A stretch of DNA of 61,661 bases, counting the filler, from Choristocarpus tenellus KU-1152 (taxonomy: Eukaryota; Protista; Phaeophyceae): NCBI GenBank assembly GCA_964200185.2. It is 10 parts of 10 records of this genome, joined end to end, with 100 filler letters (N's around TTAATTAATTAA, not from the genome) between each part and the next. Parts side by side here need not be neighbours in the genome. Positions count along the whole stretch, not along the records: positions 11,584 to 15,655 come from CAXNAD020016372.1; positions 15,756 to 22,249 come from CAXNAD020008003.1; positions 22,350 to 40,870 come from CAXNAD020000544.1; 7 more parts are not named here. One strand, 5' to 3'. Position numbers and translations under genes: made by a program. This document shows, piece by piece, positions 11,690-25,022 of the stretch; within the stretch, counting starts at the first letter, position 1, and the number at the start of each line of letters is the position of its first letter. The notes under the pieces are model-generated. The model was not told the origin of the DNA. It did no database searches and saw only the letters and a list, made by a program, of their open reading frames with translations.

Positions 11690-14000
11690 ATTGCTGGCTA
11701 AATGGGATTGTGTAGTAGACTAAAACAATCGTTCCCCTCTGTTACTATTATTTTAGTATTACAATATAAATTGATGGCGTAAGAAGCAATCAGGTAACAT
11801 TTGAGCAAAACTGACTTCTTCACATCAGTCTTCAACAATTCCCCTTGCATTTATATTAAAAAAAGAACAAACATATTATGCTGGTTTATCTAAGGATCAG
11901 GATTGAGGACTACTTAAATATATTTTGGTGAAATATAATCATTGAGGGTAGGTGTATCCTATTGTTGGAAGCTGACATAACAACAAAAAAAATCCTTTAA
12001 ATAACCTGCTTCCTACTCACTGTTCTCTGCTTCGACGTCAAAAATTGGTCAAGTACCCTGAAGTTGGACAATCTCTACTGGATTAATGAAACTACTCTAC
12101 ACATCCCCACTAATAATAACCGAGTTCAAACCCTTTAAAGGACACAGAACTCTATCATAGACACAATATTATTAACAAATAGGCTGATACAATAATAAAA
12201 GGTGAAAGAGGCTATACCACATTACTTTAAAACATTAAACAATTTGACCGTAGCCTTGTAACTGTCAGTACCTGTACCTCACCATCAAAGCCATGCTATT
12301 TGTACTTACACAGCTTGCATGTATCACGAAAGAGATCACATTTCATGCACTCACCACACAGCATAATCACTACAAATGGGGGTAAATCAACCTCCAGAAA
12401 CCTCACCGGTCAGCTAGTTGCTGTTGATAAAAAGTCTTTGGAGGGATCTGAGCTTCCCAACCTCAACCGGTATGTTACCTGATAATACACAAGTATAATT
12501 AACACAATACAAGAGAAGGAAAATTAATAACTCCAAATTCGTTGACAAACTAAAGCATACACTATATATATGGTATGTCATGTTCTTCTCTGGTACAGTA
12601 CATTGTACATAGAAACAAATAAATCTTCAAAGTGGGATGAGTGGCGGTATCAAAACCTTTCTATATTTTTGTTTCAGTGTAGATTACACCACAAAGAATA
12701 AAAGAGAGGGATTTTCCATATACCTTTTTATTATTTTGACTTTGTGGTAGAGCAGCCCTACCATGATCGTTGAAGAGGGTATGCAGTGAGGGTTAGTATC
12801 AGTTTCGACACAAAAAATCATGTAATTCACACACTACATTACAATTTGAAAGAGTTAAAAACAAAACATAATAAATTTGAAAAAAATAATCCCAAGTTGA
12901 CCCCCCTACTCACCCCCTTGCTATTAATATAAACAGTCTATCTCTTCTTCATTTACAAATTGTAACATACACCGCCATATGCAGAGACAAATACTACCAC
13001 AATAACATAAGGTGAAAGAGGCTATACCACATTACCTTATAACCTTAAACAATTTGACCTCAGCCTTGTAATTGTCAGTACCTGTATCTAACCATCAAAA
13101 TCATGCAACCCATCATAACAGATGGTTGGAGGACAGGTCCCTCCGGTCTCACCTTTCACCCTCTCACAGTGTCCAGAAATTGATGACGAGTTCGAGGTTA
13201 TTGTTCTCTCTTGACTGCACCAACCACCCGCGCAGAATGACCGATGATCTTGTTGAAGACATGGTAGAATTGGTAAAATTGAGAGGACCTACTGCAAGCA
13301 TGTAAGCGTGTATGGTGGACCTGGAGTCATCAATGATTAAGATGGGTCGCTTACTGGAGGAGGATCATCCCACCATCACCCCTCGTTACATAGATCGCCA
13401 CTTGGAGTGTGTGGCAGATATAGCCTTCAAGAGTGACGGAATGGGAGACTTGATGAAGTCAGCCCCAAGGTAGGTGTTGGTCCCTACTCCAAGTCCAGTC
13501 AGCACAAGGGTTACGTAGAATTTAGAACTAATGTGCCTTAAAATTCTTGTAGGAGGACTGAAGTTTAGAATTCACCTCTCCTGTCAAGTCAATCACAATA
13601 GTGCAAGCACTACCAACTGTTGAATGCCTTGATTTTTTTTGGCATCGATGACGAAAACCATGTCTCTTCATTTAATCGTGAAGATGTGTCATGGTGACCA
13701 ATTTCCAACTCTATGATGTCATTTTTCGTACTTAGTTGCTTCTCTGTTTTAGACCATCCAATCGTCTTATCTGACCCCTTCTTCTTCCTTTCATATGTTG
13801 CCTTTGTTTTCTCTTACACTCAAGTGATGACTCTTGTCATACGGTTGCTGGAGCCCGTCATGGAAGCACAAAAAACTCTAGAGGGGGACACTATCTACGG
13901 CGTGCAGCTGACGCTGGACAACGCATTGTTTAAATATTCTTCATCATAGTTGATTTCACAATGCCTCTCTTGACAATACTTCATTATTTTCTACCTAACA
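11690..14000 (+). pseudogene. Decayed, apparently intron-containing hAT transposase
   Basis: After an acceptor at ~13121 the translation gives DGWRTG..LTF..LTV..IDDEFEVIVLS-LDCT, then RYIDRHLECVADIAF (degenerate CxxH region), then VIRLLEPVMEAQKTLEGDTIY (hAT L.P...A...L.G motif). Frameshifts and stops present. Confidence 0.6.
12188..13106 (+). repeat. ~110-bp direct repeat pair (about 12188-12297 and 12998-13106)
   Basis: Both copies contain AAGGTGAAAGAGGCTATACCACATTAC...TTAAACAATTTGACC...GCCTTGTAA.TGTCAGTACCTGTA...ACCATCAAA. Confidence 0.9.
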
Positions 14001-15755
14001 TCAAAACATAGATGTAAAAAGTCTCTCAGACAACACATGAGAATGTACTTCATAGAGAGCAAAGAGCACCCAAACGAGGAGTCAGCTTAAACAATCTTAG
14101 CGTCTAGTATTAAATAGGAAGGCGTTTCCGTCAAGGTGCTCTGTGCTGCTTCATGTTCAATGCCCTCTTTTTGCTATAATTGAGTATACTGAAATCTTTC
14201 GGGTCAATAGAATTCATGCTTGTGAAATATTTCAATTCTCAACACTGGATATCAAACTTTACGTAAGGTTTGATTTTCAATTTATATGCAAACCCCTACA
14301 TTGATTTTCTCCTGACCACTTTCCAGAATAAATTGAATGTATTTTTGGTAGGGCATGCCCTTCTTGTTACTTCACTCTTCACTTCAACCTTGTCATGGCC
14401 AGGAGAGGTCACACTCCAAATCATACAACAATCAAGGGAAACATTAATTCCTTGTAGCCATTTAGTTTATTGCACTTAGAATGATTGCAGGTGTTTGCTT
14501 CTGGGTCCATTATTGTTGAGAGAGACATACATCAAAGAAAAAATACAGTGTATTCGTTGCATCACATTAGTATTATGTGGATGCCAACAGCCGAGTTTGT
14601 GGTCTTGCACTGTCACAAGTAACAAAAACGACCTCACTTCCTCCTGCACTACTACAATTACTCTACATAGTCACCTCATCATTCAAAACAGCGAGAGAGG
14701 AATGATTTAGTGTATCATTTAGTTGAAGACACCTTCCTACAGAAGTAAGATCCCCACCTAATTTTGAACCACTGGAAAGCATAGCTGTCTCTCACCTACA
14801 AAAAATACATTCCTACCCACATAATACATGGGGGGAAGCCATGCACATAGTATATCCCTGTCCTGCTCACCAAGAAAACAACCTCAGTACATGCTTTGTA
14901 CTACCTACCCTACACACACAAAGAAGACATGATAAATAGCAGGCCATAAAAATTCCAACTGAATATACAAAGGAGCAGTAGTAAGACGTTTAACACCAAC
15001 TGACTGACCCTTACACTCTACGTAAGAATACAGTACATTGCACCGGTATTGTAATTTCAAACACGAAAACCTTTTCTACCCCTCCCCACAGCATAACTGC
15101 TCTACTGCCTGACAGGGTGGTTATACCATATAATTTGGAATCTTGGGAGTCATGAAGCATGCCATCGTCCAATCGGGGCAGTGCACACTCCCACAAAGTA
15201 TGACATAAAACATTTATCACTTAACGAAACTCCAGCATGGATATGGCGATCCTATTCTCCAGGGTCTTACTCTCATCAACCCCATCCTGAGTTCTCCTAC
15301 CCCAACTCGCAAGAAATTTATAATAATACTGTTCCCTTCACCGATCCAACCATCAACTAAGTGCTGTGCAAACAAAGTTAACCTTTTTACCTTCCCTGAC
15401 TCAACTAGAAAGATGCAGCAAAATAGATTCTCCAACATATCTCTCATCTGGTCCAGAATCATAAAAGTCATCCCCCTCCATCCATGCCTTTCATATGCAC
15501 CTACCAGTAAGTCATTCGACCCTGCCATCCACATAAAAAAAAGTACGTAAGCTGTTTGCTACCTGACACCCACTACTCTACTGCAACAATATCTATCCGC
15601 TCCCCATTGCAGCCATCAACATCAATCTCCTCCTCACCATCGGTATCGGGTTCTANNNNNNNNNNNNNNNNNNNNNNNNNNNNNNNNNNNNNNNNNNNNT
15701 TAATTAATTAANNNNNNNNNNNNNNNNNNNNNNNNNNNNNNNNNNNNNNNNNNNN

Positions 15756-15826
15756 ACATCAAAATCCCGACATTGGATTCTGGCCACCAAATGGACGCGG
15801 CCCTACCCTCTAAGATACTTTGGCTC
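15756..15826 (-). mobile_element. MITE family B, end, truncated by contig start
   Basis: CCAAATGGACGCGGCCCTACCCTCTAAGATACTTTGGCTC is the reverse complement of the family B left end. Confidence 0.85.
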
Positions 15827-16309
15827 AAGGGGGACCAAAATGTGTGAACGCCACGCGATAATTCCGCGATTGTTTTGGTGGTGTATGTTTGTGGGGGGAG
15901 GGAAAGAGGGGGGGCAAGGTATTTGCAGGAAAGAACGAGAAAGATGGGGCTTGTCTAGCAGAGGAAGAGACATGCAGGGAGGCCCTAAATGCGCTGGATT
16001 CAAAACTGGTTGAAGAAAAGTACATTCCCTTCATCCCACAAATGCTACTTGTAAGATCATTTTTCCACGAATAGCTTGAACAAGAACCTGAGTTGTCCAT
16101 CACCTGAATTTCCCAGGGTGCAAAGGGCTGTGCTGCATCATCCAGGCAACCCAAAGGTTGAACATTCTTATATATTCTCTAACTGATGGTCTGCAGGTTT
16201 TGTTTCGGAAGGCCCATGTTTACCCCCCCCCCCCCCCACACACACACACACACACTCACAATCACACACATTCAGACAACTATGGACAGGAGTAGGCCAG
16301 CCACCCCAC

Positions 16310-16539
16310 CTGTCAAATATCGCAGTGCCCCCACTAATGGTTGTGCTGTTGTTAGTGCTGTCGTCAGAGTACCCTTGGAAGTAAAGAACACCTCCACCTT
16401 CACCCTGAGCTGTGTTCCCATTGAACGCACAATCAGTCAATTTGTACCTTGTATTGGCAGGGGATACAATACGTCAAAGTCACCAATCTTGGGGGGGTTT
16501 TGGGGTTGCCATGAAGGCATCTTCACATTTTTCGTGAAT

Positions 16540-16573
<34 letters not shown>

Positions 16574-17680
16574 TGGAAGCATACATATATGTCTGGCTTG
16601 AGTTGGTTCCAGAGTAGGCTATTTTCAAAATGCTGTTGTATAGCTACATTTATAGTGCTATTAATAGGCAATGGAAATTTCTCAATTTCAATATTTCTGC
16701 ACTCAATTACCAGGTGCCCTATATATTCCAAACACTTAAACATTTCTGTCTCTGTATTCAGATGAACATCACTACCACCTAGATGAATGCTTGCTGTGTT
16801 TCAAAGGGGAAGTGCAGTGACGATGATTTGTGTTGGTCACCTTCGAGGATTGTTGATTCTCCTCAAATATCCCACACAAAAAAACATATATACGTTTTTG
16901 CTGTCCTTGGCACAACGGCGTCTCGAGGGGGAAAAAACAAAACAAAACAAAACAGGTTCACTAGGGATACAGTGTAGGAAAATGATCATCTTGACCGCCA
17001 ATGAAAAATTGGTCTCATACTCAGGAGTGTTGGAGTACACGGTGTGGGTATGCAAGCAGGTCTTCCCAGCTTGGTTTTAAGTCCGTTACTCTTGTCACTC
17101 TCTCTTCATTGATTTTCCGTCCATAGTTCCTACCTATCGTCTGCAGATGAATTGGCAGAAATGTCCAAAGCCCCACCAGCCAACTTGGCAGTGTTTTCCT
17201 CGAAAATTGTAAGTTCCACGTCCAGTGATCCAGAGGAGGTTTGTGCTATTGCCCCACCATAAGAGGCGTAGTTATTCGTGAATTGGCTATTCCGCACAGT
17301 TAAATGTGAACTTACGGCCCCAATCGCCCCGCCAATCTCCGCTGGAATCAACAGCAAAAAGGGGAAAACGTTACAGTGCTGAGAGCGAGTGTCGGCTGTA
17401 TTATTTTATACCAGCAAACAACTGTTATAGTTCTGATGTAGCTAGCATTTGCTGTGGCTTAAGGTTAGGGTTTGGCCCCGGTGTACAATAGCAATGACTG
17501 GAGAGCGAAAAGATTGAGGAGGTGGGGGGTGCATAGCATAGAAACTTGATGCTGGTATGCATTTTCTGTTTTGTTTATCATATTTTTCACATTTTGACAA
17601 TTCAATTTGTGTGCCCTGTAGTCTCCCTTACCTTCTCTCTCAACCACATTAGTATTGTAATTACCATTCTTGTTATTTGC

Positions 17681-17719
<39 letters not shown>

Positions 17720-20700
17720 GGCAACTCACAGTTCAACGCCGTGGGGGTGGGTGCACATGGATGTATCCATTTCACTTCACTTTTTTTTTTTTGACTGCTG
17801 GAAAAGAAAATGCTTTGATATGTGTCAGATAAATCGTGACATATACATGCTTTACCACCCAAATTAAGAAAACAAATTGAGAAGAAAAAAAGAGGACCAA
17901 TTGTTTGCTCGCCTTCAATCACAATATCGGATTTGCCCTTTCTTTTTGCTCCATATGATGCATGGTAGGCTGTTCGACAGGCTATTCCCCAGGGGCAGCC
18001 ACATACTCCTTGGCATCAAGTAAACCTGAATCCACTGCACATGCCTTACACCACGCTACGTACACTACGAGCCAAAGTACCTTAGAGGGTAGAGCCGCGT
18101 CCATTTGGGGGTCCAAGTCCAATGTTGTGATTTGATGTAATTTTGGCAATCGCGTTTGTTAGGAAGTGTTAATATCTATGTTTCGAACAAACCTTTTCAT
18201 AACGTATACATTTTACCTACTCCAAAACATTTTGGAATAGGGAAATGACATAAAAACCCCATGAGAAGTCAAGCCCTAAATGGACAAACAGGGCAAAACT
18301 CGTACCCTCTAAGATATTTTCACTCCTACCTGCAAACTGACTGTCAAAACTGTTGAAGGAGTGCCGCTTCAAATGTCCACAACATGTCATGACCAATTTA
18401 TTTTATTTACAGTGCGATGGCATTAAAAAAAAAGTAGTAGAAAGAGGATACGTTAGTCCCGTGAACCTTCCAGCATTGCTACACCCACTTGCAGGAAGGC
18501 ATTGCGCTGTTCATTATTACCAGGGCAGGCATCTCCTCACCCTGGTTGCTCCTGAACGTAGATGAGGTGACCTCGACCTGACCCCCATACACCTTCAACG
18601 CTCCACCCCAGGTATGGCCATTTGAGGACACAATGTTGCCCGTGAATTCACAGCCTGAGATGTTGAGATTCTTCGTGGCGTCCTTTTTTGAGGGGGGTGC
18701 AAGGGTTATCCAATCGGATGAGTAATGCAGGGAGGCGGCAAAGAGCACCACACCATTATGGAAAGGACAAGGCTGCTAGAGTCAAAGGTGGTAGTGGCAA
18801 AGCGGTTAGATATTTGCCATATTTCAAGAGGCGATTGTTGCAGCCACAAGTCTGTACACCATCCGGTCTATGCTGAGCCTTCTCCTTCTCCTCCTACTCC
18901 CACTCATCATACTCCTATTCCTCCTTTCATGCCCAACTCTTGGGACTATTTAGATTGCAAAAACCACAAGAAGATGAGACCACAGTATCACCTCCCAAAG
19001 AGAAAAGAACCTGTTGCATGATCTCTCTATCATTCCCCACACCCGATACAGTTCCCGCACACTAAAGACAAAAAGGAATGGAGGCATGGTGCACTTCCAA
19101 GCGATGTTATGTTTGAATCGGCATGGAGGTTTCACCCTTGACTATTTTTGCCGTTTTTTATTCGCTATTAAATCCTCCAATGCTGATTGCATTGAGGTTC
19201 AAGGAGGGTCTTTGGTTCTTTGAGGGCTGATTCTACCAAGAAAACCATTTTGAAGTGCGACTTCTCATGAAAGTAAGACTAGTCAAGAAACAAAAAAAAA
19301 ACTGTGTTGGTGATGTTGTTGAGGTGCTGTCTGTGGGTATTGGGAGTCAAGTGTATGCTGAACATTTGTAGTGGAGTCTCATGGGTGGCTTCACTAGCAC
19401 AACAGTAATGCGATGTCTTGTTTTTTGTTGATCTTGTTTCTTTTTTTTTGCCAAAAAATTTGGCAAACAAAACTTGAATTAGTACTTCTTGAACCTACTC
19501 ATAGGGAATTTTCGGTCCGATGTTTTTACACAACGCTCCCCTACAACACTACCTTACACCACGCCCGTACAACACATCCATACAACACACCCATGACTGT
19601 GCAAGTAGTAGCACTGGTTAACTCCCTAAGCGCGCCTAGAAAACTAGAAGATGTCTAATCTTTGAGTTGGGTCAGCATTTTATTGAAGGGTCAAACAACT
19701 TGAACAAGGATTATGCAAATGCTACTTAGGTCATAATCCTTGTATGGATCTTAAAACTCAGCACAACAAGGGCATTGTTCTAATTTGAATGCAAGACTAT
19801 CACATCATACCAATATGTATCAATATTGACAACAAGAAGGGCGCTACTTGAAACGTTAGGGACAAGTGTAGAAAGGTATACACAAGTAAGTTGAGTAATA
19901 TTTAATGTACTTCTAAGAAAACACAATAAACCAAGACCAGGCATATCACTCTCAAACCATACCTTTCTTTAGTAGTATCTCTAAGAGTGCATTTTGCAAT
20001 GGGAAATCTTGACTTGTCCAAATACATTATATCCAACACCAACAAACCACATAGATAGTTGATTCATAAATCTAAGGGTGTCTTGGGTATGTTTGATCAG
20101 CCCCCTCTAAGAAATTTTCGAAGCACAAGATTTTTGGAGAGGATGTGCATGCCATTGTACAATCAAATGAATTGCTTACCAATGCTGCCTCAGGGTTACA
20201 GTTAAGTTGAAGAAGATATACCACAGTAGCCACCACCCATAAGGCATGTGATAATAATTCACCATTAGAGAAAGCGCTCCAAGACCAAAATCTCCACATC
20301 CCAAATTTAAAGCAATAAAACACCTTCATGCTGCTCATCTCATGCACCAGCAAGAGGATATAGCGTTTCTTCCCAGACGTGTATTCGTTGAATCACCTTC
20401 TTGTAGTTGTTCCACAGTATTGCACCTCCATTCCTGTAGCTGAGGTGGTCAAGGCTGCTGACTCTGCTACTGCTGATGTATGACTGTTAGAAGATGGAGG
20501 TATATTCAAATGTGTCTTCGAGTCAACGTATCTTAGGGTTAGGGTAGGGCCACGTCCATTTGGGGACCAAAATCCAATGTTGCGATTTGGATGTAATTTT
20601 GGCTATCGTGTTTGTTAGGAAGTGTCAATACCCTTATTCTGGACACACACTTTCATAAGGTATATATTTTACCTACTCTGAAACGTTTTGGAATAGGAAA

Positions 20701-22074
20701 ATGTCATGAAAAAAAAACATGGGAAGCCAAGCACCAAATGGACAAACAGGGCAAAACTCGCACCCTCTAAGATAGTTTCACTCTTCATTAATCAGACCCA
20801 AACTGCTCAAGTGCTCGAAATTTTGGAGGAGCAGGGAGGGCACAACACATATCGAGGAATGCCCATGCCAGGTCTATATACCTGGGAGCATGATTAACTA
20901 AAGAGGTCTTATGTAAAGCACCATCGCTGCAACCTGATTCTCCCTTCCTCTTCTCCATTTGATGTCTAACTCTAGAATCTTCGAGATTTATTTAAAATCA
21001 TCCCTACCTGGGCTGGGTACGGAGTCATTGCGGCTTGAGCAAGTGTGGTTGGGGCAGGGGTAAGTATTGCTGGGTCCAAGGTGGGAGGCAAGGTAGCAGG
21101 TGTCACAGTATGCTCCACTGAGGGCAGGATAGTAGGTGGGGCAATAGGAGCAGGGGAAAACTCCACCCAGTACGTAGAGGGAGCTGGGGTAAGAAGTCCT
21201 TGTGAGGGGGGTTGGGTGATAGGTGCCAGAGACGGTTCAGCCTGGGAAAAATTAAGTGAGAGGGGGTAGTGGGGACACTTAAGTGAGTTGAACTAGAACT
21301 CTAGACCCAGAACTAGTAGGATATTTTCGTTTGTTAGAGTGCAGTGACATGTGATCTGGAGAGGTATGGTTAGGATATGAATTATATTTATATGTATTTG
21401 CAGGTATTTGCAAGAGATGAAGAAGTCAATTCTATTTCCTGAGCATTGGTGACATAATGTTTCGTTGATTGCATATGTTGTTGCTACTCCTATAATGGAA
21501 GGGACAAAGGCGGATGCTGAGGAAGTGGTGAAGATCTATCCCAATTTCCATCAACTAAAAGAAAATGAGGGATAGTTGGGGCAATGTGTGACAGAATGGA
21601 GTGAATCGCTAGTGACACAAGTTATACCTAAAACAATATTTACATCACTGGTGCCTCCTCCTAATATATCCTTGCTTGGTGAAGATACTTTGATGAGAGT
21701 CGTCTCATCGACCCCGAGATCAGCCAACCACAAACAATAGGACATGCTGTAAGCTGCGACCAACTATAACATGAACTATAGATATACTTCCACAGCCCCT
21801 CAAAACCTATCCCTGTGAAATTCATTTTGCATATCCCTACCTGGGGTAAGGATGGAGCCAATGTGACTCGGGCAGGGGAGGTTTGGGCTGAAGTAGGCGG
21901 TACTGGAAACATGGCGGGAGACAAGATAGCAGAGACCAGGGTGGGCTCTGTTGTTGGTGATATTGTTGGCGAGACAATTTGGACTGGGATAGACTTCACA
22001 CCGAGCAGAGATTGGGCTGGGATAAGAGGAGCCTGTGAGGGAGGCTGGGTGATAAGTGCTGGGGAAGGATCCAC
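16310..22074 (-). CDS. Polymorphic outer membrane protein-like / parallel beta-helix adhesin with Pro-Thr-rich segment; partial. Exons 22074-21841, 21241-21008, 20483-20397, 18772-18541, 17341-17134, 16447-16310
   Basis: Phase-compatible AG/GT exons encode repeated FxxN...GGA(I/L) motifs (FTGN..WGGAL, FRSNQAEIGGAI, FTNNYASYGGAI, FEENTAKLAGGAL, FNGNTAQGEGGGV) preceded by two 78-aa P/T/S-rich exons. Confidence 0.8.
17681..17719. repeat. (TAT)n microsatellite
   Basis: About 13 TAT units. Confidence 0.9.
18069..18325 (+). mobile_element. MITE family B, full length (257 bp), intronic, TSD CTAC
   Basis: TIRs GAGCCAAAGTACCTTAGAGGGTA and TACCCTCTAAGATATTTTCACTC; CTAC on both sides. Confidence 0.9.
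20520..20783 (+). mobile_element. MITE family B, full length, intronic
   Basis: Same TIRs and internal sequence; TSD imperfect (CTTC vs TTCA). Confidence 0.88.
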
Positions 22075-22197
22075 CTGTGAAAGAATTAAGTAAGGAGCAA
22101 TGGAGACCAGGGCAAGTTGAATCAGAGCTAAAGCTGGGATGTTTTTGTCTGTAGAGTACATTCAGTCCCTTGTAACATATGAGCTGAAGGAAGTTGT

Positions 22198-22249
22198 GAC
22201 CCAAAGCATCTGAGGGGTGGGGGCGGTCTACACCAGGGTGTCCATTTGG
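22198..22249 (+). mobile_element. MITE family A, left end, truncated
   Basis: GACCCAAAGCATCTG...CTACACCAGGGTGTCCATTTGG. Confidence 0.8.
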
Positions 22250-22349
22250 NNNNNNNNNNNNNNNNNNNNNNNNNNNNNNNNNNNNNNNNNNNNTTAATTA
22301 ATTAANNNNNNNNNNNNNNNNNNNNNNNNNNNNNNNNNNNNNNNNNNNN

Positions 22350-22444
22350 CTGACACGTTAGAAAAAACCACAAAAAAAATGTGAAAAAAGAAAAAAGGGG
22401 GAAAAAGGGGGCCCGCCCCCCCCCCCCCCCAGATACTTTGACCC
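22350..22444. mobile_element. MITE family A, end, at contig start
   Basis: Poly-C followed by AGATACTTTGACCC. Confidence 0.7.
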
Positions 22445-22558
22445 TCATGCACTGTGCACCCTACCATGGTAGGGTCTCTTGGAATGTGTTTTTAGTGCCT
22501 GTTCACAAGGGGCATAGATTTTGATGAAGTTCTTCTGTCCAACCCGGTATGCTGTTTT

Positions 22559-24030
22559 TCAGATCATTTTTTCGTCAGGCACGTTTGGCCAACCTGCGTT
22601 TGCTTTTGTGTAAAAGTTCTTTAGGATGGAAGGATTGTCCGCCCTAACAGTAATGTATGAGACTTTAGAATTGGACTGTATGTTGTATTGAGTTCGAGAC
22701 TTGCATCTCTCAATTGTAGACCACACATTGAAAAATGGTGCATAGAAATCCAATGTGTGTGTTTGGAAGAGACATGATCTGTGAAGGGTTGTGTAGAGAT
22801 TTCTGGACATACAAGATGGGGTAAGGTGCTGAGGAAGTTCTAACTTGGTGAGTTTGAATGATGGGACTTCAAATACATTGGGAAGCAAGGTGTTGTTACC
22901 ACTTACAAAGTACTCAGCAATGTGTGTGATAACCGGGTGCACAGTCGTAGGTGCTTCAGGTATTAAGATCATAATGCAACACAACAGGTCATAACTGTGG
23001 TTGATGTCATTTGATATATCTCTCTTTATCTTGTTCAGGATTTCAAGCACATCATCTAACCCCCCACATGTATGTAGTATCTAGTACATCCTCAACGATC
23101 TCGACATGGAACAAAAGCTCAACCAAGGATTACTCAAAGTTTGTGTAGTGGTCATTTCGGCGTTGCTGATGGTGCAAGACGGACTCAGATGGGAGTTCCA
23201 GAGTTTCATTACTTTCTCGACTTCTCATCTTGAAGTAAGATCTGTGTAGACACCCTGGCATCTTGCACAATGTGTCGCCTGTATTCTTCTTCTCCATTTC
23301 ACTTTCAGCCCCTGCCCAAAATGTGTTGGATTGAGCAGCAATGCCCTGACCGATAACCGACTTCCCTCCCCTCGCTCTAGTGCTTTTGGTCACACTAGTC
23401 TCACCCCCCCACACACAGCACAGCACGGGCATTGTACTCTCTCAACTAAGCGAATTTTGAGCTTAATTCATCCCACCATGTATGAACCTTGGAGTTGGGG
23501 TAGTTTAAACGGCATTACCGACATGGTGGGCAATATGGGTGAATGTCAGTCCAGGACTGGAAATGGTAGTAGTTTGGGTACCAAGTCATTGCAAGTAACA
23601 CCACTAAGCTCGTATGAACGTACCGTAACTATTTCTTGCGATCCCACGATCAACCTTTCCTCAAGTTTCCCTTAGAATACTTCGGTTCCAACGAACAGAA
23701 TCATGGGCGGATCAGATCGCGTTTGTGACCGTGCCCGAGTTTTCGAAGATAGGGTGTAGTTGACGCCAACTCCAGAAGCCTTCATCCTTCATCCTGAAAA
23801 TTGCGCAATTGCCAGGTGGGAAAAGTCCCATGCCCTTCCCACTCACCTAAATACACCACGTTCATGATTTTGCCAACTTCACTACCAGTACTGTAGAGAA
23901 AATTCAGTCCTCCCATGAACGTCGTGTTCGTTCCCGAAGACCAAGATTGGATACCCGTTACAACGTTCACATATAGGTTGTTATACTTTGACGTATAATC
24001 GGAGGGCTGACATGTACCTTACACCTCCAT
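22559..24030 (-). pseudogene. Decayed intronless coding-like region of unknown identity
   Basis: Chain of minus-strand ORF fragments (23782-23970, 23130-23432, 22559-23050) with Cys motifs (CPCCAVC, LCKMPGC), broken by stops and frameshifts. Confidence 0.3.
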
Positions 24031-25022
24031 TTAATGATCAATATGTAGCTGTTCTATCACAATTGGGTATCTCTTTTAGAATACATATCGAACATTTTTT
24101 TAAGATTGGTTAATATATGTATGAGTAACAGTATAGACAAGGAATATTTGGGTGTGATTTATTGCCTCTGATAACATACTCAAGGTGGAGGAATTCCAAG
24201 CACAGATATTTGTAACTCAGAGAAAAATATCAATCACAAAATACTGCTACTCACAACTGTAGTTGTACTACTACTGTTCTATCTCAAAATCAATTGTGGT
24301 TCTTCTTTTTTGTTGTCTGAATAATTACACAAATATTACAATGATCGGGAGTTTCGAATCTACCGAGATCTCTTTTTCAATTATCCGCATTTTGAAGGAG
24401 TCAGTAGCAGGTCTTTCCACATCTCATGGTAAATGTTGGGGCGAATCTTGCGGTGTATTTATATTATTATGCGGTGTATCATTTCCACACCAAGAATAGA
24501 AAATATTTACAACTTATGATATAATATTTGTTTTTATGATGGATACCCGTTCTTTTTTCTGGTGAAGAGTCGCTAAGATGTTGATAAAAATATTTCCGTT
24601 TGGTGTGATCTTTGGAACCACTACAGATGTACAGTTGTGTTTGTATCGTATATTTATGTATGTGATACACACCTCTCTTTTTCAGAAAGAAAAACACACA
24701 GATTATCAGTGTGACTTGTTACTGATTAGATTGTTGGAAAATCGTAACTCCCACAACGAGATTTCCAACTGACACAGCGGTCATCTGGGGTCATGAATCG
24801 AACCATTTCTAGAACAGAAAATTGGACCTACAATCAAAATAAGCTCATCCTTACTAACTCTTGAGGTTAGACCTCTCAAAAGTTACACACATCTCACACA
24901 CCATATCTGATCTCCACACTAGAGAGCCTGTGGTGGTGGTAAGAGTGACCCTAAGGTGGACTGCCTTCCAGTCTAGTAAGCTCTTCAATTGCTATTAGTT
25001 GTGCTATTACTCTCAAATAGAG

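Noticed and set aside
19136-19278. Additional exon of the adhesin gene
   Set aside because: AG/GT-bounded but has stops in all three frames; the flanking exons join in phase without it.
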